Made by a program: the position numbers and the translations under genes. This document shows positions 10,240-22,500 of a DNA stretch of 64,000 nt, piece after piece (position 1 is the first letter of the stretch; each line of letters begins with the position of its first letter). The notes beneath the pieces are model-generated. The model was not told the DNA's origin. It was given only the letters and a program-made list of their open reading frames with translations, and did no database searches. The stretch is from NCBI GenBank assembly GCA_047967505.1, contig CM106538.1; one strand, 5' to 3'. The DNA comes from Dipteris shenzhenensis. Lineage: Eukaryota.

Positions 10240-12599
10240 CATCCCCGATCCTTGTTGAAAAATTGCTCCGGTCTTTTTCCTGCTCTTTGCGGTATCATCT
10301 TCTGATCCAAATCGCTGCGAGTCGATGTTCCTGATCATTGCGATCATCTTCTCCAAATGCATCTGTTCATATTTTGTAACTAATAATCTTCTCCGAAACG
10401 CTTCTCTCCATATCTTCGAATCGCAGTTCTACTGTGGAGGGCAGCTTCGTTGCAGCTGCTTCACATGACTCCATGTCGAGGACAGCTTTGTTACAGCTTC
10501 ACACGCCATGCAGAACGGGTTGGGAATCGGTGGGATGACTGATCTTGAAGCTGCTTGACAAGGTCTGAAGAGTAAGCGATCTTTCACCAAGAGTCATATA
10601 TTTTCTATCTAATACTGTACAAAAAGAGGTTTCCTGTAGAGGAGAGCTTCGTTGCAGCTTCGCACTCCATGCAGAACGGGTTGGGAACTTGGGAATCGGT
10701 GGGATGGCTAAGCTTGAAGCTTGACAAGGTCTAAAGAGAACTCGATCTTTCATCAGTGTGATCTGATTTGTTCCAAAATCTCTGAGATGCCAACAATCTA
10801 ACAGGTGAGTTTTATGTCTCTAAATTTGCTAAGACTTATTAATATAACCCAGCTCACTCTTTATCCGCTAAAGATAGCACGCCTTGGCAATTTGGATAAT
10901 CTTGCCCCTGCATCTAGTTTGGTGAGTCATTCTATGAAAAATCCCAAATTAAAATTTGATGGAAGAGTGACATGCATTTTAATAAATTAATACATTCAAT
11001 AAAGTAAGATTTCGCTTTGGACTTTTGAATTCTATCGGAAATCAAATTGATGGAAGAGTGACATGCATTTTAATAAATTAATAACATGGTTTTACATTCA
11101 ATAAAGTAAGATTTTGCTTTGGACTTTTTAAGACTTGATAGAACAAACAGTAAAATGCCATTTCAAGATCTAAATGACATTGCAGTATTCTCATATGGTT
11201 ATTAAAATGGTGATATGCAGAATGTGTTACAATAAAGTGAGATTCATCTCCTCCATTGGTCTTGTCACTCTTTCTTCACATTGTAAGATTGTATTCTCAT
11301 AACCATATGAGAATTATAGTAATCTCATATGGTTATTAAAATGCTCATATGTACAATAACGTGAGATATATCTCCTCCATTGGTCTTATCACTTTTCCTT
11401 TACACTATAAGAACATAGGATATGGAGGCAGAATCTATTTCTTAAAGGTGTAGTGGATAGAATCTATTTCTTAAAGGTGTAGTGGATCTTTTTCTAGAGT
11501 AAATTCTAGCTACCACTTTTAGGGCATGTATGAAAAATTTCCTTTATAGACTAGTCTTTAATGAGTTTGCAAATTCCTAGTAGAGCTAGCAAATTAAGCT
11601 ATTGTCACTCTCTTTAGAGTAGGTTGGATTCCAAGTCTCATGCCATCCATTCTTAGTGTATTTTGATATTGCAATTTTGTTCAATTATTCAAGCATCTCT
11701 TCAATTGGTGATCCATATTCAAATAGATTAGCCATCTAGTGTGAAGTCTAGGAAATATTTTATAGCCTTTAGATGTGTGCAATGCTACTTCAAATGCTAT
11801 TTATAAGTACTTCACATGCTTTCTATAAGGAATGATTGCATATTAATTTTGTTACTTGTTGAAATTTCTTAATCTTTAGATTTTATCAACCACTTCAATC
11901 CTTTCCACCATATTGAAGAGCATGGAAGGACATGATCATCTTCTTCAAGCTGTTGTTAGATGTTTTTTATCATCTTCTTGCGAATTCCTAGTATAGCCAA
12001 CCAATTAAGTAACTGTCACTCTCTTTGGTGTACTTGTTTTCATGTTGGAGTTCAATTTTGATGCCATCCATTCTAAGTGTATTTTGTTATTGCAATTTTA
12101 CTCAATTATTCAAGCATCTCTTCTAAAAAGTGAGCCTATCTGAATAAATTAACCATCTAGTGTGAAGTTTAGGAAACATTTTATAGCCTTTAAATGTGTA
12201 CATATGTATCCATTTTCATGAATTTGTTAGAAATGGATGAAACTATTCTAGCTTTCAACATTGTCCCTCCCTCTCTTGATTATTATAGAACAAGATTGAA
12301 ATGATAGTAAAAAAACCCCTCTAATATTAAACTATGAAATCTCATCCCTATCGGGCTTGTTGCATGATATCAAAGACTCTAAGACAAAGGACCTGACTAT
12401 CAAGCACTATCACCCAGTCAGCAAAGCTACTAAGACAAAGGACTCGACTATCAGACACTATTGGCCAGCTGTCAAAGCTACTAACAAAGATTCCGCCAAA
12501 GCATAAAGCTTCAAAGTGTCTTGTGGATCGACGTATTAAACTTTGCATAGCTCTTATTTCTAGTCATTTGAATGTATTTGCAAGGTTTCATGGAAATCC

Positions 12600-13990
12600 G
12601 ATAGGGTAATCAAATTGGCCTATGTTTATACGTGTGGGTGCCTCTATGTAGGAACAAGGTCTGTCGTTACCACATGTCCAAATATTGCTACTAGACTTTG
12701 CACAAATCTTATTTCCAATTGCTACATGCGCTTGAAAAGTTCATATGCATCAAACACCAATGGAAAGGGTGGGCAATCAAAATGGCCCATTTTTGTACGT
12801 GTGAATGTCTCCATGTAGAAAAAACATGCATGGATCAACCGTAGCTACATGTTCGAGTACCGATTGGAACTAAAATTTGCATGGATCTTATTTATAGAAA
12901 ATTTCATTAGTTTCCAAAGCTTTGTGTACATATGGAATCAATTGGAAGGGTAGGAAATCAAAAGGCCCAATTTTGTTACATGCAGGTGTGTATGTGTAGG
13001 AAAATATGCATTGGTCGATCGTTGCCACATATTCAACTATCAGATTGGTACCAAACTTTGCAAAAGTATAACTTATAATCACATTCATATTCTTGCATAA
13101 TTTCATTTGCATGAGATAATGATTGGAAGGGTGGCCAACCAAAATGCCCAATGCAAGGGCTAGGTGTAATAAAATATGCATCGGTCAATTGTTGCCGCAT
13201 ATCCTAATATCAAATTGGATCCAAACTTTCCATGGATCTTATTGTTGCCATATTTTCTAAATACTTACGCATGGTGCATGATAAAAATCACAAATGTATG
13301 CATGCTTTACCATGTGGGAATAAAATCAAAATTCGCATGGATTTTCTCACATTAAGGTCCATGCAAAGTATCATACCCATCAACACATACTTTTTATGAT
13401 AGAAACACAACGATGTATTATTTTTTTTACAGTTATGCATGGTGCATGATAAACAAACCACGAAGCATATTTGATGATGTTATTGATATCGTCATCACAT
13501 CAAAAATTTGAGCACATGGATATTCTCATATTAAGGACTTTGCAAAGTATCACACCCACCAAACACTTACACATGCTAGTAGAAGCACATTGATGCATAT
13601 TTTCTTCACACGTGTGTGGTGCACGATAAAAAACATAAAAAAAACATGTTTTACGATGCAAATGGTATTAGAATCAGATAAAAATTTATGATCACATGCA
13701 TCTTACTCATAATAAGGCCTGTGAAAAGTATCATGTCCATCTCACAAACATCCTTGATGCTAGATTCAGCACACCGATGCATATCTTTCTCGACACCCAT
13801 GCATGGTGCATGATAAAAGAACATGGAAATATGCATGTCTTATAATGCAAATCACATCGAAATCGCTTAAAACTTTGCAAGCACATGGATATTAATCACA
13901 TTAAGTCCCTAAAACGTGTTATATCCATCAGAAACATACCTTTTATGAAAGAATCACACTAATGCATTTTTTCTTAAAACAACTTATGCA
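12600..13990. repeat. Two adjacent degenerate tandem arrays with periods of about 170-185 bp
   Basis: Array 1 anchor tgtag..aaaatatgcat..gtc.atcgttgccacat near 12647, 12814, 12995 and 13165. Array 2 anchor gcatggtgcatgataaa near 13269, 13437, 13614 and 13801. Confidence 0.7.
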
Positions 13991-15189
13991 TGATGGGTCA
14001 ATGCTTGGTTAGGTGTAGCCATTTTTGTTGCGGTTTAGGGCATTTTTTATATATAGGTATCTTGCCTAACCTATAACTTATGCATTGCTCAATGGAATTC
14101 GACAAAACTAGTTTTCAAGTTGTAATACACATTCCAAACTTGAACATGAGACTAAAAAAATAGAATAAAGATTCAAAACAAGATCGTTAAAGCATTACCA
14201 GTGCTATGTTGCATGTGAAGCATGTATCTTGAAGAGTATAGGATTTAGCAATTTATTCAAAAACTTCAAAATTTTATTTGTACATACATGCAACCAAGTA
14301 ATCATTCAAAAAAACACTATGTGAGCTTCTCCTCAACCAAAGGACACACCTAATTGAGAACATTAGATGTGGTTTAACGGGCCTCCAATATTGTGCTAAA
14401 ATTATGGACACCCATTTGCGGGCACGCTTCATAACTTTTTCTTGATTTGTTGAAAACCAAAACAGATTTAAAAAATGGAAGACAAACTAATGGCACTATT
14501 GCATGGTGGTCTTAAAACATTGATAGTTGGTGATATTGGTATCTAGATTCACCCTAGAATGGAAAATTTTAAAAATGGGCAATTTGTACGTGCAAATATC
14601 TTTTAATAAATCCAACACTATTTACAATTTCCTATTGGTTCTTTTTCCATGCAATTCCTTGCTATATGGCTCATAAGCATATCAAAGGTTATTGCATTTG
14701 ATAATATAATCACCAAAACCGATAGCGTGCCCTTTGGCCTATTCATATTTTGAAGCAATTTGGGCCACATTGCAAGTGATTGAGGGCAATTGGTAAATTC
14801 AATTTTGCTGACGTTCATTGCTGGAGGGGGGAAATTATGACGGCTGAAAATTTCACTACCCTCATGCACTTTTGAATTTTTTCACCTCCCACTCTACAAC
14901 TATTTGAATATTAAAGTACATCTTTCTTCTACCACCTTGCAACCTGCACCATGTAGAGACAGCTCGATGTGACTTCATCGTTTTAATTTGGCATTATCTT
15001 CTTTACTCCGGTAAATTATCTTCTATTCTTTGCTTGCCTCACAAGCTATGTTTTGGTGGTCTATTTTGGCGGTTCATGATAGTTGCCATGGTGTCAATGG
15101 TAAGAGCAGCTCATTATGGCTTGCAAGAGAACCAGACAAAGGTTGTGAATAGAAAAGCTGAAAGGCTTGATCAAGGCCTATCCCACAAT

Positions 15190-18100
15190 ATCCAAAACAC
15201 GCTTACGGCCAACCAGGGACTTGCTCACTGGAGGGATAAGCAGTATTTTCCCAAGCGATATCGCGAGCCTCTCCACAACGTCCCCTAGCCACAGCGGCTT
15301 CAATGAAATCCCAGAGGATCCTATCATAAGCCTTACCCAAGTCAATCCCGAAGAGAATGCAGTCCTGATTTGAGGCACAGGCATAGTCAATTGCAATGCT
15401 TACATTCAAAATGTTATCAAATATGTCTCTACCTTTTACAAATCCCATTTGTTCGGTGTCCACCACCTAGCTATAGATGCTAAGTGCTAGCGCTTTTGCC
15501 ATTACCTTATAAGAAGTGTTGAGCATGGTAATCGGACGCCAATCTGCCAAGAGGATCCTACTCCATCTTTTAGAGAACAGCTTCAGTAACCCCGTATTGA
15601 CATCATCCGAGAGAGAACCTTTCAACATAGCCAAGTTCACCATGGCCACCAAGTCTGGACCGAGGGTATCCCAGAATGTAATGAAGAATTCTATGGTTAA
15701 TCCATCCGACCCCGACATCCTATCTTTCTTCATAGGGCCTCAAGGAGCTCAATTTCCGAAAAGTCAACAGCCAGCAAGTTGCTTTGGGCTTCTAGGACTC
15801 TGGGCGCCAGTATACTAAGGGACTCTGACAAATTTCGACTCCATGCCTCATTCTGGTCTGCTGGGGCACCGACAATACTGCTGAAGTGGTTCTGAAAAAC
15901 TTGGGCAATATGCCAATATTCGATCACAATCTCCCCATTCCTATGGAGTGAATGGAAGAAAAACTTCGAGGGGAAATCCCCAGTTGGAGCCAGGTTTGCC
16001 TACTATGAGTTCGCACCACCTCGGCTTTTTCCAACTCGCATCACTACAGCTCCAGCTCCAATTTTATCAGTAGCGTTGAAGCCGTATGGTCTTGAGGGTT
16101 GCTTGATATTGCCAATCTCAAAGTCTCTTTGACCTCTATCAACTATTGGAAATCCCATTTGCGCTTAGTGAGTTGCTTGGCCCAATCTTTTGCTACTTTG
16201 ATCACTTCCTTAACGCACAAGTCCCATCTGGCACATGGACCCTTCGTTCTGACTCTATTCTGAGCCCAAGCAAGCCTGATGGCACTACAGAACTCGTCAG
16301 ACTCCAACCATTTGTTGTTAAGGTGGGAGGGGAAATCCAGCGATCTGCCAGCCTTTAACAGGGAGCTGAACCTCCAGCACACTGGAAGGTGATCCGACAC
16401 CGAAGTTGACGACAAGTACCGGCCATGCATGGGGACACACATCCACCAGCCTCCTCCTGATGCATAGACTTGATCGAGCCTACGAGCAATGAAATCTTCT
16501 CCCTTACACTTGTTCGACCAGGAAAAGCTTGCTAGTCCCAATCTGTTGAGCTCTAAGCAATGAGCTCTAGGTAGTCCATCAAACCCAACTCCAGAGAAAG
16601 GTCCTCCAAGGCTTCATGGTCAAGGGCGGTGGGGGACGAAGTAGCGCCATTGATCCTATCTTCTGAAGACTCGGTAAAGTTCTAGACTCCAGTCGCCCGC
16701 AAGTATCCAATTCTTGCCCTAGATCTTCTCTTTTAACTCGGTCTAGCAACTTGATCTGTCACCTGCATCATTTGGAGCATAAACACAGAGAACATTGAAG
16801 GAGAAGCCATCCAATTGGATCCTTGGTGCAATAAACCATCCTTCTTCGTGCCATAACAACTTTCTTGCCGCCACCGTCGAGCTACCCGCTATTGCACACC
16901 CTCCCCCTACCCCTTCTTGGACAGTTGATGAATAGATCAAAACCAAGGTTCTTAAGCGCGTACCAAAATGGGTCTAACAGACCGCATTTCATTTTCCAGA
17001 TTACTGAGAAGCAAGCCTTCTTTTTAGTCGGACTACACACTCCACGAATGTTTCACAACAATATGGAAATAGGTCTCGTCCGGTCGCCCCCGCTTCCCGA
17101 GAGGGCCGAGCTAGTTTGCCAAGGTTTTGTATGCATCACGAAGGAAGTGGGATCTGTTCTCTTTGCCCTAGCCAGCCGCCCTCGCCGCATCTTTGATTTT
17201 TTTGGACAACGAGCGAGACGTCGAGAGGTTGTCTCGCTTTTGTGTCTGCTCAGCCTCCATCTCATCCAGAGATCTCATCCAGAGTTTGCTTCTTGTGGTA
17301 GGCATCAGGCATGTCTTCTTCTGTCTGCATCGGGTTGTCGGGGATCTTGGTCGGTCTTGCTGCTGTAAGCTCTTGAAGGGGTGGACGGGCATCACCACCC
17401 TAGTCCTTTGCATGTATTGCAACTTGGTTCTTGGAGTTACCTTTAGGCTTGGGGGCTGGGGCCGAAGGCCTTGGTTGGGGGGGCTCGCCAAACTGGGAGC
17501 TTTTTTGCTTTGCCTTTGTGGCCGACCACTTTCCACTGATCAGCATCCTGAGAACCAGCTGTCTCCTCAGTCTACGCCTGGGGTCGAGTTGCTTTGAGAC
17601 CTTCTGAGGTAGCTTCAAAGCATCAGCTTCATTTGCATGGGGCTCCTTCGTCTTGGATTCGTTAGCCAGTCTGACATTCTCGGCCCGGTGGGGGGAGTTC
17701 CTTGCGAAATGGGACGTTTCTTTACATATGTAACAAGAATTCGGGAGAACGCACCAAATCGGACTTGTTGGGCAAACGGAACTCCTCTGGATAGTTTGAT
17801 TCGCACAAAGTCAAGCATCTCTTAGCTCCTATCCCAAAGAATCCAAGCTCTCCGTAGTGCCATCGATTTAGTTAGAGGCGGTATCAGGAGCACTCTTCCC
17901 AACGAAGCCACTAGCCTTTCCACCGATTCGCCAAGCATCAAAGGGAGGTTGGGGAAATTAATCCAGATCGGGCACTCGTGAAACAAGAATTTGTCAATAC
18001 TAAACTCAGGACTCCACGGAATAACCAGAACCATCGCACCCGCAAACTTGAACACCTGACCAACCATTTCATTTCGCAGAAGTTCCAAGGCCATGTGGAG

Positions 18101-18950
18101 GAGGGGCAGGATATCAAACTTGAAAGTGATGAGTTCTTCGAGTTCCCGTAGAGAGGGGATTTTGCCTGTAAAAAGCAAGTAGATGCCTCCTTTCGCAAGT
18201 CTGGTCAGCTTGACCGTCTGGGAATTCAAACCTGTAGACCACTACATGTGGTTTTTCATTCTCGCACCAGGGCTTTTGCGATGTTTCCCTTGCTCTGCGC
18301 TCCGACTCCGCCACCAAGAGTCTCTTGGCTGTTTCGTCATCGAGCTCAAAGAAACCACCTCCAAAGCATTTGGTAGGGAGTCAAGGCAGGACAGTTGGGT
18401 AGGTTCCTCGGGATTCTTGCCATCAGAGCCGCCCTGGTCTCATCAATACGTTTAGGCTCGTGCTCCTAACCTCCTTTCCTCTTGGATCGCTCTCGCCTGA
18501 CATTGAGTTCGTATCAGAGTCGTCCTCTTGTCCCTCATAGTACCTCGAGCGCTTCGCTTGAGTCCTCGAGACTCGTCGCCCCTGGTTGGGAAGCGGGTTT
18601 GTGCTCATGCACCAAGCTCAGAGTTCCCGCTCTTTCTTTCTAGACCACACAATTTTTTACTTCCTTGATTGATCCATCAGCCTTAGGCTGGGATTACACC
18701 ACCTGTCGACCATCCTCCAAAAAGAGGCTCGAACACTAATACCAAAAATTTGTGTTTGGCCCATGAAGGTTGCCCACTCCATGGCCAAGTCCTCAAATTG
18801 CTACATGATTCACCCATTCCATCTCCTCCAATCGCTAGACCAATCACATGTTGGTGACATAAATTATTCGCTTGACGACACCACCTGGTGTCAAGCACCA
18901 CATCCGACCGGGTGAGCGGGTGGTTTGAACCGAGCCGGCTCTCTCCCACT
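15190..18950 (-). mobile_element. L1-type LINE with 5' end retained and 3' end truncated: ORF1, endonuclease and partial RT, all disrupted
   Basis: ORF1-like CPIWINFPNLPL...ASLGRVL (17822-18229). Endonuclease VYAPND, FSWSN, RRLDQVY, SDHLPV. RT GSDGLTIEFF, DWRPITMLNTSYKVMAKALA, QMGFVKGRDIFDNI, IDLGKAYDRI.W. Confidence 0.92.
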
Positions 18951-19145
18951 CGTTTAGAGATCTTCCTTCAAAATTGAGCCCCCATGGAATGATCACACAG
19001 CGATATCACCGTTGACGCCAAAGGGTGCCGACGTCGTCTCGTCATTTTCCGCTAGCGATGGTTTGCAGCCATGCGTGGTCCGCCGAAGCAGCGTAGGATG
19101 GCTCTGTGGTCCACGTCGAAAAGGACTGACAACCACTTTGCCACG

Positions 19146-19158
19146 TAGGGTTTCCCGC
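19146..19158 (+). promoter_or_regulatory. Overlapping telo-box (TAGGGTTT) and E2F site (TTTCCCGC) in the primase promoter
   Basis: Sequence tagggtttcccgc about 90 bp upstream of the ATG. E2F sites are typical of plant replication genes. Confidence 0.7.
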
Positions 19159-19242
19159 GCAAAGTATATTGATTTGCTCATGAGACAGAATACTCGGCCT
19201 TGAAGAGACGGGGTTGGATCGATCTGAAGCTCCATCACAGCC

Positions 19243-19476
19243 ATGGATTTCCGCGTTGCCTCGAATAGGCGTGCTTCCTTGGGTGGAGGCCTCGCCTCAG
19301 CAGCAGCAGCAGCAGGCGGAGCTGCAGATCTCGCTTCGTCTTCGCGGCTTTCCTTCTACCAAACAGCTCCTAGCATCGAAGTCTCCCTCGAGGATTTCGA
19401 GCAATTCGCCTTGGATCGTTTACGAGGTACGCCTTCCATCTCGTTTATACCCTTCGTTTTCGCGCACTCGTGCCCA

Positions 19477-19522
<46 letters not shown>

Positions 19523-22500
19523 GACGTCCGACAAGCATCTTCTTCTCTTTCCTTGACCTCTGATCTGCCAACGAAATTTGACGCTTCGGCCTCTTTTAAT
19601 TTCCGAAACCCCCGGTTCCGATTGTTGTCTAACTCTTCCCAAAAATAAGATTGGGTTATCCAGAGCTCTTTGCGTCTGCATTTATTAGTCTTCAGGAAAT
19701 ATACGCAGCTGCATATCCGCATAAGGTGTATTGCTGTTCCGTATCCAGCCCCTCTCAATTCAAGGTTATGCTCTGCAGTCCTCAAAGGCCTTGAAGAAGC
19801 ATTGTCGCGCGGTAAAAGAGGAGAAGAATTAGATGTCCTGGTATGGTTTTGTAGATATTCTTTATTTTCCTTCTTCGAGAAATCTCGCGACAACTTTAAT
19901 GAGATATTTTCTTTCAAGGCTCTATTCTATTTGGATTTGAATTAATTTGAACTACATAAAACAGCATTTACTGACAAAATCCGTGCGAGTAGGTCAATGA
20001 TTTGTGGAGAAAGTATATGCGCACACCCAATGCAGCTGATTCAAATGACAAAGACGTTATTTCCCACTTTGTGCTCAGGCTGGTGTACTGCCGCAGGTTG
20101 CTTTTATGCAATGCTGGGCTAATTGAGAAATTTGTATGTAGATGGTCGCTTGGCATTACGATACTAACATGTTATGCTAAGCCATCAACCTCCTTGCAGT
20201 GATGATCTAAGGAAGTGGTTTTTGGGGATGGAATCGTCACTTTTCCGACATCGATTCCGCAGTGAAAGTTCAGAAGCTCAGGTATTCATTCAAGTTTGAA
20301 AGGTTATAAACCAGCATCCTTGTGAGGGCTTTTAGTTGCCAGTGTCTATATTGTCTATACCAAATTGAGAGATCTGCGTTTTCTGAACATCAACGGGTTT
20401 TCCATGGTTGAAATTACAGAGAAACTTCATGGATCATTGCAAGCTTCCGTATAAAGCAATTAGCATCTCAGAGTTTGAGGTATTTGGTTATGCTCTCATA
20501 CCATTCATGAAGTGGAGAAAAGTCATTTCATGGGTTGTCCTTAACTTGTGATTGCTTCCTGACATATATTTTAGTATAATGTATGTGAAACGTGGTTTTT
20601 TCATGCTCCACCCTCCGAGAACTGTCCCTACCAATGATGAGGAGCCAGGGAGCTGTGCAGCCCCTCCCACTAGGAGGCTGCAAGCTGCAGCAATGAACAA
20701 AGTGAGTAAGCAGTCAGGGCTGGGTGCAAGAAACGAATATTGGTTACCACGAAGCTCTTCCTAGTCCAAATAACATTAGATTGAGTAGTGCATCTGCTTC
20801 AGCTGAGTAAGGTAGCATCAAACATGAGAGACGTAAGAGCATCATGGTAATGTCTAGACGTCATGTTACACCTTCATACGACGCCTACCTCGTGCTAGCA
20901 TTCATTTCTGCCATGGTTTTCTTCATTCAGGCAAGCAGTTGGGCTCCCTCGGCAGGGGTTCTAACCCACAATGTAGCATGCAACTACCTTAAGTTCTGGG
21001 CATGCAGCTGCTATAAACCTGTTGTGTACTAGGTCTAAGCACAATGAACATCTACTATGAGATGCTTTATTCTCTTAGGCTTGAAGTAGGACCAGGGGAT
21101 AGTCGTGCTTGAGCATTTAAAGGTCACTACTGGACTGAAGTTGAAGAAGGCCCAGAAATGGTTATGAGATCGTTTGGAGGATTTGCTGCCCACTCAGGGA
21201 GGTACAGGATGGACATACTGATACGTGTTTAAACAGTGCTCATAGGCATAGGCTATAGTGAGGCCTTCTTGTGAGGAGGTGTTGCCTGTTCTTTGGGATG
21301 CAGGCAATACTGTTAAAAGCTAGGCCATAACGTGTCCCATTTTTCTAGATGGGGTGATCCAAGCTGGGTGGTTGGGTAATGAGGAAGTCTTGTACAATAG
21401 AAAACGGGTTGATGCAGGACAGCATGTTATGGTGGAGTGGAAGTCAGCCATGAGTGTCTTTTCTATACCATTTCGTTTGGAGTAGTTTGATTGTGTTACA
21501 CTCTTGTCTTAGCTAAATTAACTTGCAACTGTAATTCTCGCTGATGCATTCCTTCCTCTGCATATGATTCCTATTTAAGTTATTCTTGTTGCAAAGGAGA
21601 GTGCCATGTCTCCTTTTGTGCCAATTTGTGAATGCACAAAAGATACAGAGCAGCTCATCGCTGGTTCTTATGAGATGACTGCAAATGACTTTGACAATAA
21701 ATGTTAACTTGATTTGACTGCAATGTGCTCTCATGATATGATTTAAGCTGACAAAGAATGTCATTCTGGTCAGGACAGTCAGTGAAAGACAAGCTTGGGC
21801 AAGTCGCAAGATCATTAAATCAACCGTTACCAAATGGTGAGTTTGACTTTGCATTTGCAATTCACGGTTACGACATTATGGAACTTGGAACAATTTATTG
21901 TTATTTACAAAAAGATCTCCAAAAAGAGCTTTTGATCTTGACTGACATGTCTTTGCACTTGTTGTTGCAGTCGACAGCATTTTCTATAAGGTGGTTTCCT
22001 TATAACTACACATTAGGACTGCTATCTCATCAATTACTTTTATCTTCCCATACATACATCAAGGTCTTTTAGGTGACACTAATCCATAAAACTGTTTGAA
22101 AAATTTCAGAGCTTTTGGGGTTCATATTTAGATTCTTGGTTGATTCTGTGTATCTTGTAGGTTCCTTTTGAAGAGGTTCCTGAGCTTGTGGCGAGTCGCA
22201 GAGTTTTCATTCAGAAGGGTCAGGCATATGTTCCCAGTAGCCAGGTATAAGTTTATCCAGACTGGACTCCTAATAAAGACCTCGAGATCTCCTGTTTCCC
22301 TTTCTACAAACAACTTCAACAAGAATTGACAATATGCTTTTGAATAGAACAAATGTACTGCAATTACTGAAAATCATTGCAGAACAAGGTCTCTAATGCA
22401 ATGGTCAACCTTTATGTCTTTATGTTTCCAGTTGGCCTCTCTGGTTGTAGGTCAATTTCGCAGTAAACTCTCTAAAGCCCTTGTTTTGACGAATCGGTAA

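Noticed and set aside
8344-10362. Alternative-frame and antisense ORFs over the peptide gene
   Set aside because: These are shadows of the repeat-rich, GC-rich main ORF.
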